Source of the DNA: an uncultured Anaerolineae bacterium
GTDB taxonomy: Bacteria > Chloroflexota > Anaerolineae > JAADDB01
DNA: 64,000 nucleotides
Direction: 5' to 3'
Assembly (NCBI GenBank): GCA_964487375.1
Contig: CAZAQA010000008.1
Coordinates: 61,402 to 125,401 of the forward strand
Position numbers and translations under genes: made by a program. Within the stretch, counting starts at the first letter, position 1, and each line of letters starts with the position of its first letter. A model generated the notes under the pieces. It did no database searches. It was given only the letters and a program-made list of their open reading frames with translations, and was not told the origin of the DNA. This document shows positions 9,123-19,212 of the stretch, in pieces.

Positions 9123-10714
9123 GAGTCACCTCGCATGAATTCGAGCACACGAGCATATCCCCATGCTATCGGACTTGGCAGATACCGTTCTAGCCCGGCC
9201 AGAATGTCGTAATCGGCAGGCGAGAGGGCTTGTAGCCGGACGAGCCCGACCACATAAAGTCCCGCGGCAACGGCCACTGCCGCCAGAAGCCCTCCATACG
9301 TCCTCCAGGACGCATACGTCACCCAAGCGCTTGCCGCGGCCAGCAGGGAAGCGAGAACAATGCGCAAAATGGCATTGAGGGGAAATTCCACCTCAAGCAG
9401 TTTCACCGCGTAGTAGATGCCGACCACCCCAGAAATTGTTTGGCTAATGGAATTCGCCAGTGCGGCCCCCAGAGCTCCCAAGGGAGGAATCAGGATAAGA
9501 GCTAAGATCAGGTTGATGACAGCCATCAAAGAGCCCACACGCACGATGAGAAACTGCTTCTCAACGCTGTACAACGCGCTCGAGCTGACGGACGCCAGCG
9601 CGCCGACGGAACCCAACGTCAACATGATGGAGAGGGGCAGGGCCAGGGGTTGAAAGCCGGGACCGTAAAACGACGCCAGGCCGGTGGCCAGAGCCCCTCC
9701 GCCCAAACCGATAGGAATGGCAATAAAGGCCACAATTCGGTTGGCCGACGCATAAAGCCGGGCCAGGGTGGCATGAGCTTGCGCGCCGTTGAGCGCAGAA
9801 AAGGTCGGCAGCAGCACCCCTGAGAACATGGCCGGGATCGACATCAGTTTGATCGTGAGGTCAAAGGCGATGGTGTAGAAGGCGATATCGGCGTTGGTGG
9901 CGAACCACTTCAGGAATAGGACCTCAAATCGCTCATAGAGAATGGCATTCAGGAGAAGAATGAGCATCGCATCTCGACTGTAACGCAAAATCCGTCGCCG
10001 CAAGGCGGGGTGTATCCCACCTTTAAGGGAGAAACGAGGTTGAGGGTAATGGATCCGCAAGGGGCGAAGCAGCAGGGTGAGGACCACCGTGTGACGCAGC
10101 GCCAGGACAACCAACAATCCTGCCACCCCCCATCCCAGGGAGAGAACGAGCACCCCGGCCACGAGGTAGACCAAAGAACCGGCCACGTTGGCCTGTGCCA
10201 CAAAACGATAATCCTGCGTTCCCTTGCTCGCGGCCAGGGCAAATGTCGCGAGGGTGAAAGGCAAAATGGAGAGACCGATAAGGAGCCAGTACAGTCGTTG
10301 GGGGGGAGAGAGCAGGAATGTGTAGAGTCCAAGGAGTCCCCATACGAGTAAGCCAAGGAGGAATTCGTATGTGAACAACTGCCAGACGATTGAGGCGGCC
10401 ACATTGTGCTGCTTCTTGCCCAGGTATTCCGCACCGAACTTCACCGCGGCATTGGGCAACCCCATGTGAGTGAACAGGGCCGCGATGCTCAACACCCAGA
10501 GGAAATAGCCGTACTGCCCCATCCTGTCCGGCCCCAGCCAGCGAGAAAGAATGATGCTGGTGATGATGCCCAACAGCATCCCGCCGGTCATACTGATCGT
10601 GTTCCAAAATGTGTTCCGAGTGATTGTCCGTCCAACCCCCAAGGCGTCCACCTCACTCTCGGACTGCATACACATACCAACTGCGAGGAAACAGGTGATT
10701 TCCAACCCAGACAA
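9119..10714 (-). CDS. Polysaccharide biosynthesis protein / Wzx-like oligosaccharide flippase (MOP superfamily)
   Basis: ~12 predicted TM helices over 500+ aa with the typical Wzx layout; start ambiguous among 10714, 10669 and 10663. Confidence 0.7.
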   Translation of the reverse strand: MSGLEITCFLAVGMCMQSESEVDALGVGRTITRNTFWNTISMTGGMLLGIITSIILSRWLGPDRMGQYGYFLWVLSIAALFTHMGLPNAAVKFGAEYLGKKQHNVAASIVWQLFTYEFLLGLLVWGLLGLYTFLLSPPQRLYWLLIGLSILPFTLATFALAASKGTQDYRFVAQANVAGSLVYLVAGVLVLSLGWGVAGLLVVLALRHTVVLTLLLRPLRIHYPQPRFSLKGGIHPALRRRILRYSRDAMLILLLNAILYERFEVLFLKWFATNADIAFYTIAFDLTIKLMSIPAMFSGVLLPTFSALNGAQAHATLARLYASANRIVAFIAIPIGLGGGALATGLASFYGPGFQPLALPLSIMLTLGSVGALASVSSSALYSVEKQFLIVRVGSLMAVINLILALILIPPLGALGAALANSISQTISGVVGIYYAVKLLEVEFPLNAILRIVLASLLAAASAWVTYASWRTYGGLLAAVAVAAGLYVVGLVRLQALSPADYDILAGLERYLPSPIAWGYARVLEFMRGDS

Positions 10715-11375
10715 GAGGGAGAGCCAGCCGCGTCTTCACCAACGCCCGCCAGACAAGCCAAAAATAGCGGTCAGCCTGTTCATGGTTCCTCAGATGTCCC
10801 GTATGATCGAGGCGAGAGCGCAGCAGATTATGATAGAGTCCCCACATGCCCCACTCGAAGTTCTCCCCCCGCACATACTCGACGCGAAATCCACGCTCGG
10901 TCAGAATGGACTTCAGCGCGTGGAGGGAGCGCGGGGACGGGGGATGCGTGCTGTCCTGGTAATACCAGGGATTCAGCCGCCCGAACAGCTTTTCTGTCCC
11001 TATCGTCGGGTAGCCGACACACAATCGTCCGCCCGGGCGTAGAACCCGTCGCAACTCCGCTACGGCCTGGTCGATGTCCGGGAGGTGCTCCAGCACCTCA
11101 ATGGCCGTCGCTCCGTCAAAAACCTCGTCTGGGAAAGGCAAGGTCAGGGCATCTCCCTGGACGGCAAAATACGTCCTCTCGCCCGTCGATGAGTTGTTGT
11201 AAGGTCCACGACGGAGCAAATCCCCCGCGTAGTCCAGACCGAACACGGTGAAGCCATGACGCGCCAGCGCCTGTGCGATGGCCCCCCAGGAGCAACCGAT
11301 GTCCAGTACCGACTGGCCGGGCTGCAGTCCAAACAACGAGAGCCGTATTTTGCCTGCTCGTGCCGACTTAGCCAT
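10653..11375 (-). CDS. Class I SAM-dependent methyltransferase (Methyltransf_11-like)
   Basis: VLDIGCSWG (motif I), FGLDYAGDL, LRPGGRLCVGYP (motif post II); embedded in the glycan locus. Confidence 0.8.
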   Translation of the reverse strand: MAKSARAGKIRLSLFGLQPGQSVLDIGCSWGAIAQALARHGFTVFGLDYAGDLLRRGPYNNSSTGERTYFAVQGDALTLPFPDEVFDGATAIEVLEHLPDIDQAVAELRRVLRPGGRLCVGYPTIGTEKLFGRLNPWYYQDSTHPPSPRSLHALKSILTERGFRVEYVRGENFEWGMWGLYHNLLRSRLDHTGHLRNHEQADRYFWLVWRALVKTRLALPLVWVGNHLFPRSWYVYAVRE

Positions 11376-12624
11376 GTTTTCGCTCCTCTACCAAAACCTT
11401 GCGATAGACGGCCATCGTCCGGGCGACCATCTTCTCCCGCGAGAATTGGGATAATGCCCGCTCACGTCCGGCCTCGCCCATCTTTCGCCGCCGTTCCGGC
11501 TCTCTTGCCAATGCGACAATCGCCTCGGCCAGACCGGCCACATTCCCCGACCGAACCAATATCCCCGTCTGTCCGTCCACGATGATCTCCTCCGCAGCGC
11601 CGGCGCGAAAAGCCACAACTGGCTTGCCCCATCCCATGGCTTCCAGGTAGATCAGCCCAAAAGATTCGAACAGGGAAGGGGCCACAAAAATATCACAGGA
11701 AGCGTAGAGGCGTTCCAATGTTTCTTGAGAAACAAACCCGACAAATGTGGTGGCTTGGAGAGCTCGGGGATCAGCAAAGCTACGGAAATATTCCTGAAAA
11801 CTGCCAAAGTTCTCCGGAGCCATGCCTGTCTCACGTCCCACTATCAAGAATCGAACATTTGCTTCTGCCCTCAGAACCCGGGGAATGGCTTGCAGGAGGA
11901 ACTGAATACCTTTACGCGGTTCTAAGCGGCCGACAAAGAGAACCGTAACCAAGGATCCCGACCTCTCAGAAGGACGGGGAGTCTTCCCAGAGGGCATCCG
12001 CATCCCGTGTGGAACTACCGAAATCTTATGGGGGGAAATCCCCACGTTGTTCGTAAAGTACTCGGCTATATAATTGCTGTTGGCGATCACGTATGCCGCG
12101 TGGCGTACCGGCCAGTTCTCCAAAAAAGAGTGGAGACGAAATCCTACTCGCCGCGTGTTGACACCACTCATCTGGCCAACCACTGCCATGGGAGTGGAGA
12201 GACGGACGACAAGCGGCGCGCGAGGAAATAGACTGTAAACGAGCCCTTCGGCGCCCCAGTTTGGCATCTCGACGATGTCGAACGGACCGGACGCGTTTTC
12301 GATGCGACGGATAGCCCGATAGACCGCCAGACTGCGTTCCAGCAGGTGCCAGATCCCTCGTCCCTTGCGGCGGAGCGGCGCGGGCAACGGGAACCTGGCA
12401 GGCCAGATGCGGTGCACCATGACCGGACCGTCCCGGCGCTCGCCGCTATCACCCGCCGTCGCCTCGGCGATGACGTGAACAGTCTGCCCCGTCTCGGCCA
12501 GGCCATGAGCGAGTTCGTACACATATCTGGCGATGCCTCCGCTGCCTACCGGAGGATAAGCCCGGCTTACCAGGCAAATCTTTAGAGGCCTTCCTGCGCC
12601 GGTTTCCTCTTCGCTCTGCACCAT
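11368..12624 (-). CDS. Glycosyltransferase family 4
   Basis: KICLVSRAYPPVGSGGIARYV and ESFGLIYLEAMGWGKPVVA motifs. Start at the ATG 12624 with an AAGGAGGGG RBS; the ORF-track start 12696 lacks an RBS. Confidence 0.8.
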   Translation of the reverse strand: MVQSEEETGAGRPLKICLVSRAYPPVGSGGIARYVYELAHGLAETGQTVHVIAEATAGDSGERRDGPVMVHRIWPARFPLPAPLRRKGRGIWHLLERSLAVYRAIRRIENASGPFDIVEMPNWGAEGLVYSLFPRAPLVVRLSTPMAVVGQMSGVNTRRVGFRLHSFLENWPVRHAAYVIANSNYIAEYFTNNVGISPHKISVVPHGMRMPSGKTPRPSERSGSLVTVLFVGRLEPRKGIQFLLQAIPRVLRAEANVRFLIVGRETGMAPENFGSFQEYFRSFADPRALQATTFVGFVSQETLERLYASCDIFVAPSLFESFGLIYLEAMGWGKPVVAFRAGAAEEIIVDGQTGILVRSGNVAGLAEAIVALAREPERRRKMGEAGRERALSQFSREKMVARTMAVYRKVLVEERKHG

Positions 12625-12637
12625 ACCCCTCCTTGAC

Positions 12638-14209
12638 TCACCCTTCCTCCGCCTTCCGGGTCCCCTTATTATCCCTGTTCCGGTCCAATCGTGCACGTCC
12701 GGGCAGGATCTCTCGCAAGAAGCCCGGCATTCGCTTCAACTCATGCCACTCCATCATCACAAGAACCAGGACGAAAAGCGTGGGGAAAAGGAGGCCCTTC
12801 GCCCCAAGCCGCCAGCCGACTTGGGGCGTCCCCAGACTTTGGACACCCAGGAATCCTATCACCGAAGCCATGGCCACCGTGCCCGCCACCAGAGGGGGCA
12901 CCCACATGCGGAACAGGGAGTAGGTCACCACGATGCGCGTGTGGCGGTGCAAAAGCAGGAGCCCCAACAAGAGCATGGCATCCGCGGCCAGAGCGACGCC
13001 ATTGATCTGCCACAGTCGGGCACCGATAACCACCGCGGGGACGAAGAAGAACAGTTGCGCAAGCCGTACCCGGGCCACCGGTTCCGGCTTGCCCACGGCA
13101 AAAAGAAGGTTATTGCCGATGATGAGCAAGGGGTCGAGCACCATGTAGAGAGCCATCAATTGCAGGGTGAAGGCCATGGGCATCCACTTCTCGCCCAGCA
13201 GGTAAAAGACGAATTCGGGTGTCAGCAGGACGATCACACCGCCGGCCAGGAAACCCACGCGAATCAGCAGGCTTATCACTCGAAAATACGCCCTGGACAA
13301 GCGTTGGCGATCGTTCTGGAGACGGGCGAAAACGGGAGCCATCACGCTGAGCAGAGACGTGGCCAACAACCGGCGAGGATAACGAGCAAACTCGTAGGCC
13401 CGGTTGTAGTAGCCTAAGGCGGTGTTCCCCAGCGCGGTCCCCACCCAAAAGTCATCGAAACGGTCCAGGGCATAGCCGGTGTTCGCGCCCACCCAGCTCG
13501 CCCGCCCAAATCGCCAAAACCAGCGCGCGGCCTCCCGGTCAAACCCGAACGTCATCCGTCCCAAACGCCACACCCCCCAGAGGAGCAACGCCCGCATGAG
13601 AATGCCGCTCGCCTGTTCCGCCACCAGGCTCCACACACCCCAGCCACGCCAGGCCAGATAGGGCGCAACTGCCAGCATGGCTAATGACGCTGCCACGTTG
13701 ACCAGGGCCAGTTTTCCGAACTGAAAGTGCATGCGAATGAGCGTTTCTTGAACCTGATTAAACGCTGCCAGAGCCGTCACCAGGATCAGAGCGATCATGA
13801 CGGGTCTCAGGAACGGGCGCCCCGGGTAAAAGCGAGCAATGGGGAACGTGAGCAGGACGAGGAAGAGGGCAGAGCCGATGATCGTTACAGCCTTCAATGT
13901 CAGGTACGTGGCGTATAGGGGGCCGCGGTCGACTTGTTTGTGCAGGAGCGCCCGGTCCAGCCCCAGGGTCCGCAGACGATTTCCCAGGACGACGAAGACC
14001 ATGGCCAGGGTCATGGTCCCGTAATGATCGGGCAGCAAAAATCGGGCCATCAACACCGAACGCACAAATCCCAGGCCGATTGTGACTGCGGAACCGCCCA
14101 CTGTGTAGAGAGAGCCTTGCACGGCCACCCGGGCCATGCTCAGAGGGGCACCTGTGTCCTTTGTCCTGTCCACCTGGTCCTTCCCACCCGTTTTGCCAGA
14201 ATCCTTCAC
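12638..14209 (-). CDS. Polysaccharide biosynthesis protein / Wzx-like flippase (second copy)
   Basis: ~520 aa multi-TM protein with the same organisation as the 9119-10714 gene; start could be 14209 or 14137. Confidence 0.7.
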   Translation of the reverse strand: MKDSGKTGGKDQVDRTKDTGAPLSMARVAVQGSLYTVGGSAVTIGLGFVRSVLMARFLLPDHYGTMTLAMVFVVLGNRLRTLGLDRALLHKQVDRGPLYATYLTLKAVTIIGSALFLVLLTFPIARFYPGRPFLRPVMIALILVTALAAFNQVQETLIRMHFQFGKLALVNVAASLAMLAVAPYLAWRGWGVWSLVAEQASGILMRALLLWGVWRLGRMTFGFDREAARWFWRFGRASWVGANTGYALDRFDDFWVGTALGNTALGYYNRAYEFARYPRRLLATSLLSVMAPVFARLQNDRQRLSRAYFRVISLLIRVGFLAGGVIVLLTPEFVFYLLGEKWMPMAFTLQLMALYMVLDPLLIIGNNLLFAVGKPEPVARVRLAQLFFFVPAVVIGARLWQINGVALAADAMLLLGLLLLHRHTRIVVTYSLFRMWVPPLVAGTVAMASVIGFLGVQSLGTPQVGWRLGAKGLLFPTLFVLVLVMMEWHELKRMPGFLREILPGRARLDRNRDNKGTRKAEEG

Positions 14210-14256
14210 CCTGGAGATCGCTCAAGCACGCTCCCCCTTCACCCACCATCCCCCTG

Positions 14257-14955
14257 TTATCGTCCCGCTTCCTTCCCCAGGAAGCACGCAATCCCCTGGG
14301 CGATGCCCATGGCCGCGAGCTGGGGCTTCCGCGTCAAGAGTCGCCGGTCCCCCCCCAGGTAACCGGTTTCGACGATGGCAGCCGGGGTTCCCGGATCGAG
14401 CTTACGGAACGCATGGTACTGAAGCATGTCAGCGGTCACATGCCTGGCGTCGAAATTCAGGCCCGTGTTGAGCCAGTAGTAGTAGCGTAAGCAGCTCACC
14501 AGCCGATCGTCCCGCCCCGGGTGGGAGCTCTGTTCCCAACGGGCTACCTTGAAGCCGCTCAGCGGGAGGCAAGAATCCGCATGAATGGAGAGGAAGACGT
14601 CGGCTCGCAGGCCCTCCAAACGCGGATCGTACTCTTGCAATACCGTGACTTGGGCGCCGGCTGCCGCCAGGATGGTACCCAACGCGCGAGTCACCGTCCG
14701 GTTCACCTGGACCTCCGCCAGACCGTCGGCACAAACGGCCCCGCTATCGAATCCTAGATGCCCCGAGACCAGATCTATCTTTTGGCCACGCACGTGTGCG
14801 GCGTCGCCGGCGGGAAGCCGCGCGGGCAATGGAGAGGGACGGTCCTCCACGCGCAGGCGATGTTCATAAGACCGCACCCATAAGATCAGGACGATCAGGG
14901 CGAAGAGGAACATCCAGGTGGGAATGCGAGGCCGAGACACCCGTTTGGGGGCCAT
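14257..14955 (-). CDS. N-acetylmuramoyl-L-alanine amidase (Amidase_3 family) with N-terminal TM/signal anchor
   Basis: IDLVSGHLGFDSGAV (cf. IDPGHGG.DPGA) and DVFLSIHADS (cf. SIHADA) motifs; hydrophobic N-terminus MFLFALIVLILWV; start moved to the ATG 14955. Confidence 0.65.
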   Translation of the reverse strand: MAPKRVSRPRIPTWMFLFALIVLILWVRSYEHRLRVEDRPSPLPARLPAGDAAHVRGQKIDLVSGHLGFDSGAVCADGLAEVQVNRTVTRALGTILAAAGAQVTVLQEYDPRLEGLRADVFLSIHADSCLPLSGFKVARWEQSSHPGRDDRLVSCLRYYYWLNTGLNFDARHVTADMLQYHAFRKLDPGTPAAIVETGYLGGDRRLLTRKPQLAAMGIAQGIACFLGKEAGR

Positions 14956-14960
14956 TGGTG

Positions 14961-15683
14961 CTACCGCACACGAATCCGCACACACGCCTGCACGAACGTT
15001 CGGAAAAGGTGCATTTGAGCTTCTCGGGATTCTCCCTCGAACTCGTGAAAGCGCTCCGGGTGCCACTGGACCCCCACGATCCAGTGATGGTGCGGACTCT
15101 CCACCCCCTCCACCAGGGGAATCTCCCCGTCCAGGAAGGCCGATGCCTGAAGCGAAGGGGCCTTTTCTCGTTCACCAAGCCCCTGGTGATGGTGAGAATT
15201 GACGACAAGGCGCTCGTGCCGGCCTAATGCTTCCCACAGGCGCGTGTGGGGGCGAATGCGCACGACATGGCGCACGAGCGCCGTGTGGGCCTCGGTCATG
15301 TGGCCGGAAAGATGCTGGATGAGCGAACCACCAAAAGCGACGTTGAGCACTTGAATGCCCCGGCAAATGGCCAGTACGGGTAAATCCCGTTCACGCGCCA
15401 GTTGCAAGAGGCGGAATTCCATCTGGTCCCGCCCCTCGTGAATGCTATCGACATTGGTCCCGTCAATCTCCGCCCTGTAGTAGCGAGGATGAACGTCTCC
15501 GCCCCCGGCGAGGAGGATGCCGTCCAGCGCGTCCAGCCGTCGGGGGTCGAAGCGACAGGTGTCGGGGTGCAGGAAAATCACCTCTCCTCCACCCAGCTCA
15601 ATGGCCCGAACATAGTAACGCAACTTCTCGGGATTTTCTTCCGGGTCATATAGGGTGCTCAGGGCAATTCGAGGGGAAGACAT
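14961..15683 (-). CDS. Class I glutamine amidotransferase / gamma-glutamyl-GABA hydrolase family (peptidase C26)
   Basis: LAICRGIQVLNVAFGGSL (catalytic Cys), VNSHHHQG, VQWHPE motifs. Confidence 0.8.
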   Translation of the reverse strand: MSSPRIALSTLYDPEENPEKLRYYVRAIELGGGEVIFLHPDTCRFDPRRLDALDGILLAGGGDVHPRYYRAEIDGTNVDSIHEGRDQMEFRLLQLARERDLPVLAICRGIQVLNVAFGGSLIQHLSGHMTEAHTALVRHVVRIRPHTRLWEALGRHERLVVNSHHHQGLGEREKAPSLQASAFLDGEIPLVEGVESPHHHWIVGVQWHPERFHEFEGESREAQMHLFRTFVQACVRIRVR

Positions 15684-15711
15684 AGTGTGTTTTTCTCCCT
15701 GGCCATGGAAT

Positions 15712-16770
15712 TCACGATGCCGAGTCGTTTTTCAGGTCGAACAGGGGGCCCTGGGAAGCCTCCTCTGAAACGTTGGGGACAGGGATGTCCAGATGCCGAT
15801 AGGCGGCGTGAGTGGCCATCCGCCCTCGCGGAGTGCGTTCCAGGAATCCCAGTTGGAGCAAGTAAGGTTCGACCACATCCATGATGGTATCGGCCTCCTC
15901 ACTGATGGACGCTGCGATCGTCTCCAACCCTACCGGTCCCCCGCCAAACTTTTCGATGATGGTGCGCAAGACGCGGCGGTCGATATCATCGAGCCCCAAC
16001 TCATCCACATCCAGAAGTGCCAGGGCTTGACCGGCCACCCGAGCGTCGATAACCCCGTCCGCGCGCACCTGAGCATAATCGCGCACGCGGCGCAGCAAGC
16101 GCAGCGCGACGCGCGGGGTTCCTCGAGAGCGCCCGGCCACGACACGGGCTCCCTCTTCGGAGATGTCCACGTGAAGCAACCGGGCTGCCCGTTTGACAAT
16201 GGCGACCATAGCGTCCACATCATAAAAATCCAGGCGGAAGATGGCGCCAAAGCGAGCCCGCAAGGGAGCCGTAACCAAAGCCAGGCGTGTTGTGGCGCCG
16301 ATGACCGTGAAGCGGGGCAACTTCAGGCGGATGGAACGCGCACTCGGCCCCTTGCCCACGACAATGTCCAGGGCAAAATCCTCCATGGCCGGGTACAAAA
16401 TCTCCTCCACCGCCCGCCCCAGACGATGCACCTCGTCGATGAAAAGGATATCTCCTCCGCGCAGATTGGTGAGAATGGCGGCCAGGTCGCCGGCGCGTTC
16501 AATGGCCGGTCCTGCCGTGATCTTCAGGTTGACTCCCATCTCGCGAGCCAACACGTGAGCCAACGTCGTCTTCCCCAGCCCCGGCGGACCGTAAAAAAGC
16601 ACGTGATCGAGCGCTTCATTGCGAGCACGTGCGGCCTCCACGAGGATGCGCAGGTTCTCTTTTAGTCGCTCCTGACCGATGACCTCATCGAGTGTTTGAG
16701 GCCGCAATGCCGCGTCCAGAGGCATATCTTCAGCGCGTTCTTGCGGCGCAACGACACGATTGCTATCCAT
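15712..16770 (-). CDS. ruvB: Holliday junction branch migration helicase RuvB
   Basis: [12 protein letters not shown]...[20 protein letters not shown] (Walker A), IDEVHRL, typical RuvB C-terminal winged helix; start at ATG 16770 (MDSNRV...). Confidence 0.9.
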   Translation of the reverse strand: MDSNRVVAPQERAEDMPLDAALRPQTLDEVIGQERLKENLRILVEAARARNEALDHVLFYGPPGLGKTTLAHVLAREMGVNLKITAGPAIERAGDLAAILTNLRGGDILFIDEVHRLGRAVEEILYPAMEDFALDIVVGKGPSARSIRLKLPRFTVIGATTRLALVTAPLRARFGAIFRLDFYDVDAMVAIVKRAARLLHVDISEEGARVVAGRSRGTPRVALRLLRRVRDYAQVRADGVIDARVAGQALALLDVDELGLDDIDRRVLRTIIEKFGGGPVGLETIAASISEEADTIMDVVEPYLLQLGFLERTPRGRMATHAAYRHLDIPVPNVSEEASQGPLFDLKNDSAS

Positions 16771-16821
16771 GGCATTCTTTGACCACCCGCCCCGACAGGG
16801 GCACACTCGACCAACCAGAGA

Positions 16822-17217
16822 TTAGAAAGGAATGTCCTCGCCGATAAAATCCCCTCCCTGCTCAGGGGCACTGGGAACATCCGCCTGGGAGGAACGGCCA
16901 CCCAAAAAGCGAACGTTGCGGGCTGTCAGTTCCAGCGTGGCCCGGGGATTGCCCTGGCTGTCGGCCCAGGCGTTGGCCTCGACTTCTCCTTCCACCAGCA
17001 CCAATCGCCCCTTGCTCAAGTACTGATTGCACAATTCCGCCAGCTTGCGCCAGGCCGTTACACGGAACCAGGTCGTCTTTTCCTGGGGTTCGCCGTTGCT
17101 GTTCGTCCAGCGCCGGTTGACGGCGACGCTAAACGAGGTCACGGGAACCCCTGAGGGGGTAAAACGCATCTCCGGATCCGAGCCCAAATTGCCCACAATA
17201 ACTACTCGTTGGTACAT
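16822..17217 (-). CDS. ssb: Single-stranded DNA-binding protein
   Basis: MYQRVVIVGNLGSDPEMRFTPSG OB-fold N-terminus and acidic C-terminal tail ending DIPF. Confidence 0.9.
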   Translation of the reverse strand: MYQRVVIVGNLGSDPEMRFTPSGVPVTSFSVAVNRRWTNSNGEPQEKTTWFRVTAWRKLAELCNQYLSKGRLVLVEGEVEANAWADSQGNPRATLELTARNVRFLGGRSSQADVPSAPEQGGDFIGEDIPF

Positions 17218-17592
17218 GGCCAGCCTCCATAGAAAAGGTCAACAAACATGTCGGACAAGTCGTCCTTCACCCCGCGTCCTCAAAATCAGGGTCCAGGGAA
17301 GCGGTAACACGAACATGCGACACCGGCAGGAATACCCGACTCCCCAACAACCTGAGGGGAAACCCCATATCGGACCTCTGGGACACTTGCTGCCGGGATT
17401 GTACCCCAGGCCCCCAAGGATGTCAATCGTCAGATTTCGGCTCCGAGAGATGATCGCTGTCGCGAAGCCCGGCAACCTAGCAGGATCGGGGCACAACCGG
17501 ACGATACGTTACGGTGGCCTGGAGAATGCCGTCCCACAGGCGCAATTCCCGTTGAGCGGGCGCCTGTGTCCGACCAAATGCCCCGTGACCGT

Positions 17593-18327
17593 TCAACGCG
17601 CGCGCCGATACACCCCCACAAGAACCGAACGAAATGGCCGGAAAGGAGGCAATGAAAGAAAGCGGCTGTAAAGGAGTCCAAGCACGTAGAGGGGACGGTT
17701 GAAAGCAAAATAACCGAACGTGCCATCGACCCGCAGTAGCCACTCCGGCTCCATCCCCGCCTCACGAAGGCAGGCGTCCAGTGACGAAGGCGTGTTACAG
17801 CGAAACGCCGTGGGGAACACGTGGTCCACCGGGACACCCAGGAGCCGTTTCACACGCCGATGCCAGACATACGGGAACAGGTGCGTCAGGAGAGAAGAAG
17901 GGGCGTAAAGGCAGGGGGTCTTGAAAAAGAATAGGCCCCCATCCTTCGCCCCGCGCCGGGACGGAGGAGACAGCACTCGGGCCACTTCGGCCATGCTCTG
18001 ATAGGGATGCACCAGGTGTTCGATGACATCGTTACAGACGATAACGTGAAAGGTGCCATCGGGAAAAGGCAACGCCTCGAGGGTTCCCTGGACGAACGCG
18101 TCCAGAATGTGGTGGGCGGGGCGCTGTGTGTCCACTCCGATGACCTGCCGCGCTTGCCCCACGAGAGAACGGAGAAACCAGGACCCCTGGCCGCCGCCCG
18201 CGTCGAGCACCAGCGTCTCCGGGGTCACGTGCGCGGCCAGTTCGCTGCGAAAACGGCCCCAGAGCTGCTTTTGAGCATCCGGAAACCAACGTCTTTCCAA
18301 TTCGGCGCGGTCGTTCCAGGTCAGCAT
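17593..18327 (-). CDS. Class I SAM-dependent methyltransferase
   Basis: VLDAGGGQGSW (motif I), FPDGTFHVIVCNDVIEHL; start at ATG 18327 (MLTWNDRAELER). Confidence 0.7.
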   Translation of the reverse strand: MLTWNDRAELERRWFPDAQKQLWGRFRSELAAHVTPETLVLDAGGGQGSWFLRSLVGQARQVIGVDTQRPAHHILDAFVQGTLEALPFPDGTFHVIVCNDVIEHLVHPYQSMAEVARVLSPPSRRGAKDGGLFFFKTPCLYAPSSLLTHLFPYVWHRRVKRLLGVPVDHVFPTAFRCNTPSSLDACLREAGMEPEWLLRVDGTFGYFAFNRPLYVLGLLYSRFLSLPPFRPFRSVLVGVYRRAR

Positions 18328-18522
18328 GGCAGAAGTATAACACGAGGGTGGCCGCCCTCCCCAATTCGCGACGCATCTGGTCGTCCGGCCGGCGGAACGT
18401 GGGGAACACGAGTTCCGATCGATGACCATCAGAGGGGCGGCGCGCCGCGCATGTGCTCATGCCGGACAAAGGCCATGCCCCTCCTGTCACCTCCCATCCA
18501 CCGAAACGAGTTCGACAGGCCG

Positions 18523-19212
18523 TCAGAGGCACACAGGAATGGCCTCGGCCAGTTGGATGACACCAGGGTGGACCCTGCAGCGGTAGGCATAAACGCGTAC
18601 TCCCCGGGTTGCGGCCCGGCGCAAGGCGTGTGCGAAGGCCGGGTCGGCCTCCTCGTGAGGCCGGAAGCGGAGGGCGTCCGGTCTCTGGACGACAAAGACA
18701 ATGGCCGCACACGCCCCTTGCCCCAGGACCATCGCCAACTCCTCCACATGTCGCTTTCCCCGGGCTGTGATGGCGTCGGGGAAGAGAGCCGTGCCCCGCT
18801 CCACCAAAGTCACCGACTTGGTCTCGACCCAACACCGACCCGCCTCCCCCTCCAGCAAAAGGTCGATACGACTACGTCCCAACCGAACCTCCCGCCGCAC
18901 ACGGCGGTAGGCGCGGAATTGGGGCAAACGTCCTTCCTGCACCGCCTCGGCGAAAAGAGCGTTGGGTAGGCGTGAGTCGAGGGAGACAAGTACATCATCC
19001 ACCCACACCATGAGCAGATCATAGGAAGTTTTGCGTCGGGGATTCTTCGCAGGGCGGACGAGCACCTGACGTCCGGGCACAAACAACTCGTGCAGGCGGC
19101 CGGAATTGGGCACATGAGCGGCCACTTCGACGTCATCCAGGCGGACGGTGGCCCGAAAGCGGTTGTCCCTTCGGACGAAAACCGCACTCAGCAGAGGCCC
19201 GGGAACGTTCAC
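18523..19212 (-). CDS. sfsA: Sugar fermentation stimulation protein SfsA (DNA/RNA nuclease SfsA family)
   Basis: Full-length similarity to SfsA from memory (RDNRFRATV...HVPNSGRL...VETKSVTL...DAITARGKRH); overlaps the downstream gene's stop (ATGA). Confidence 0.8.
   Translation of the reverse strand: MNVPGPLLSAVFVRRDNRFRATVRLDDVEVAAHVPNSGRLHELFVPGRQVLVRPAKNPRRKTSYDLLMVWVDDVLVSLDSRLPNALFAEAVQEGRLPQFRAYRRVRREVRLGRSRIDLLLEGEAGRCWVETKSVTLVERGTALFPDAITARGKRHVEELAMVLGQGACAAIVFVVQRPDALRFRPHEEADPAFAHALRRAATRGVRVYAYRCRVHPGVIQLAEAIPVCL

Noticed and set aside
15793-16665. 290-aa + strand ORF
   Set aside because: Antisense of ruvB.
18007-18969. 320-aa + ORF and 267-aa - ORF (18032-18835)
   Set aside because: These overlap the methyltransferase and sfsA coding regions in other frames. 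They are Arg/Gly/Pro-rich with no start context.
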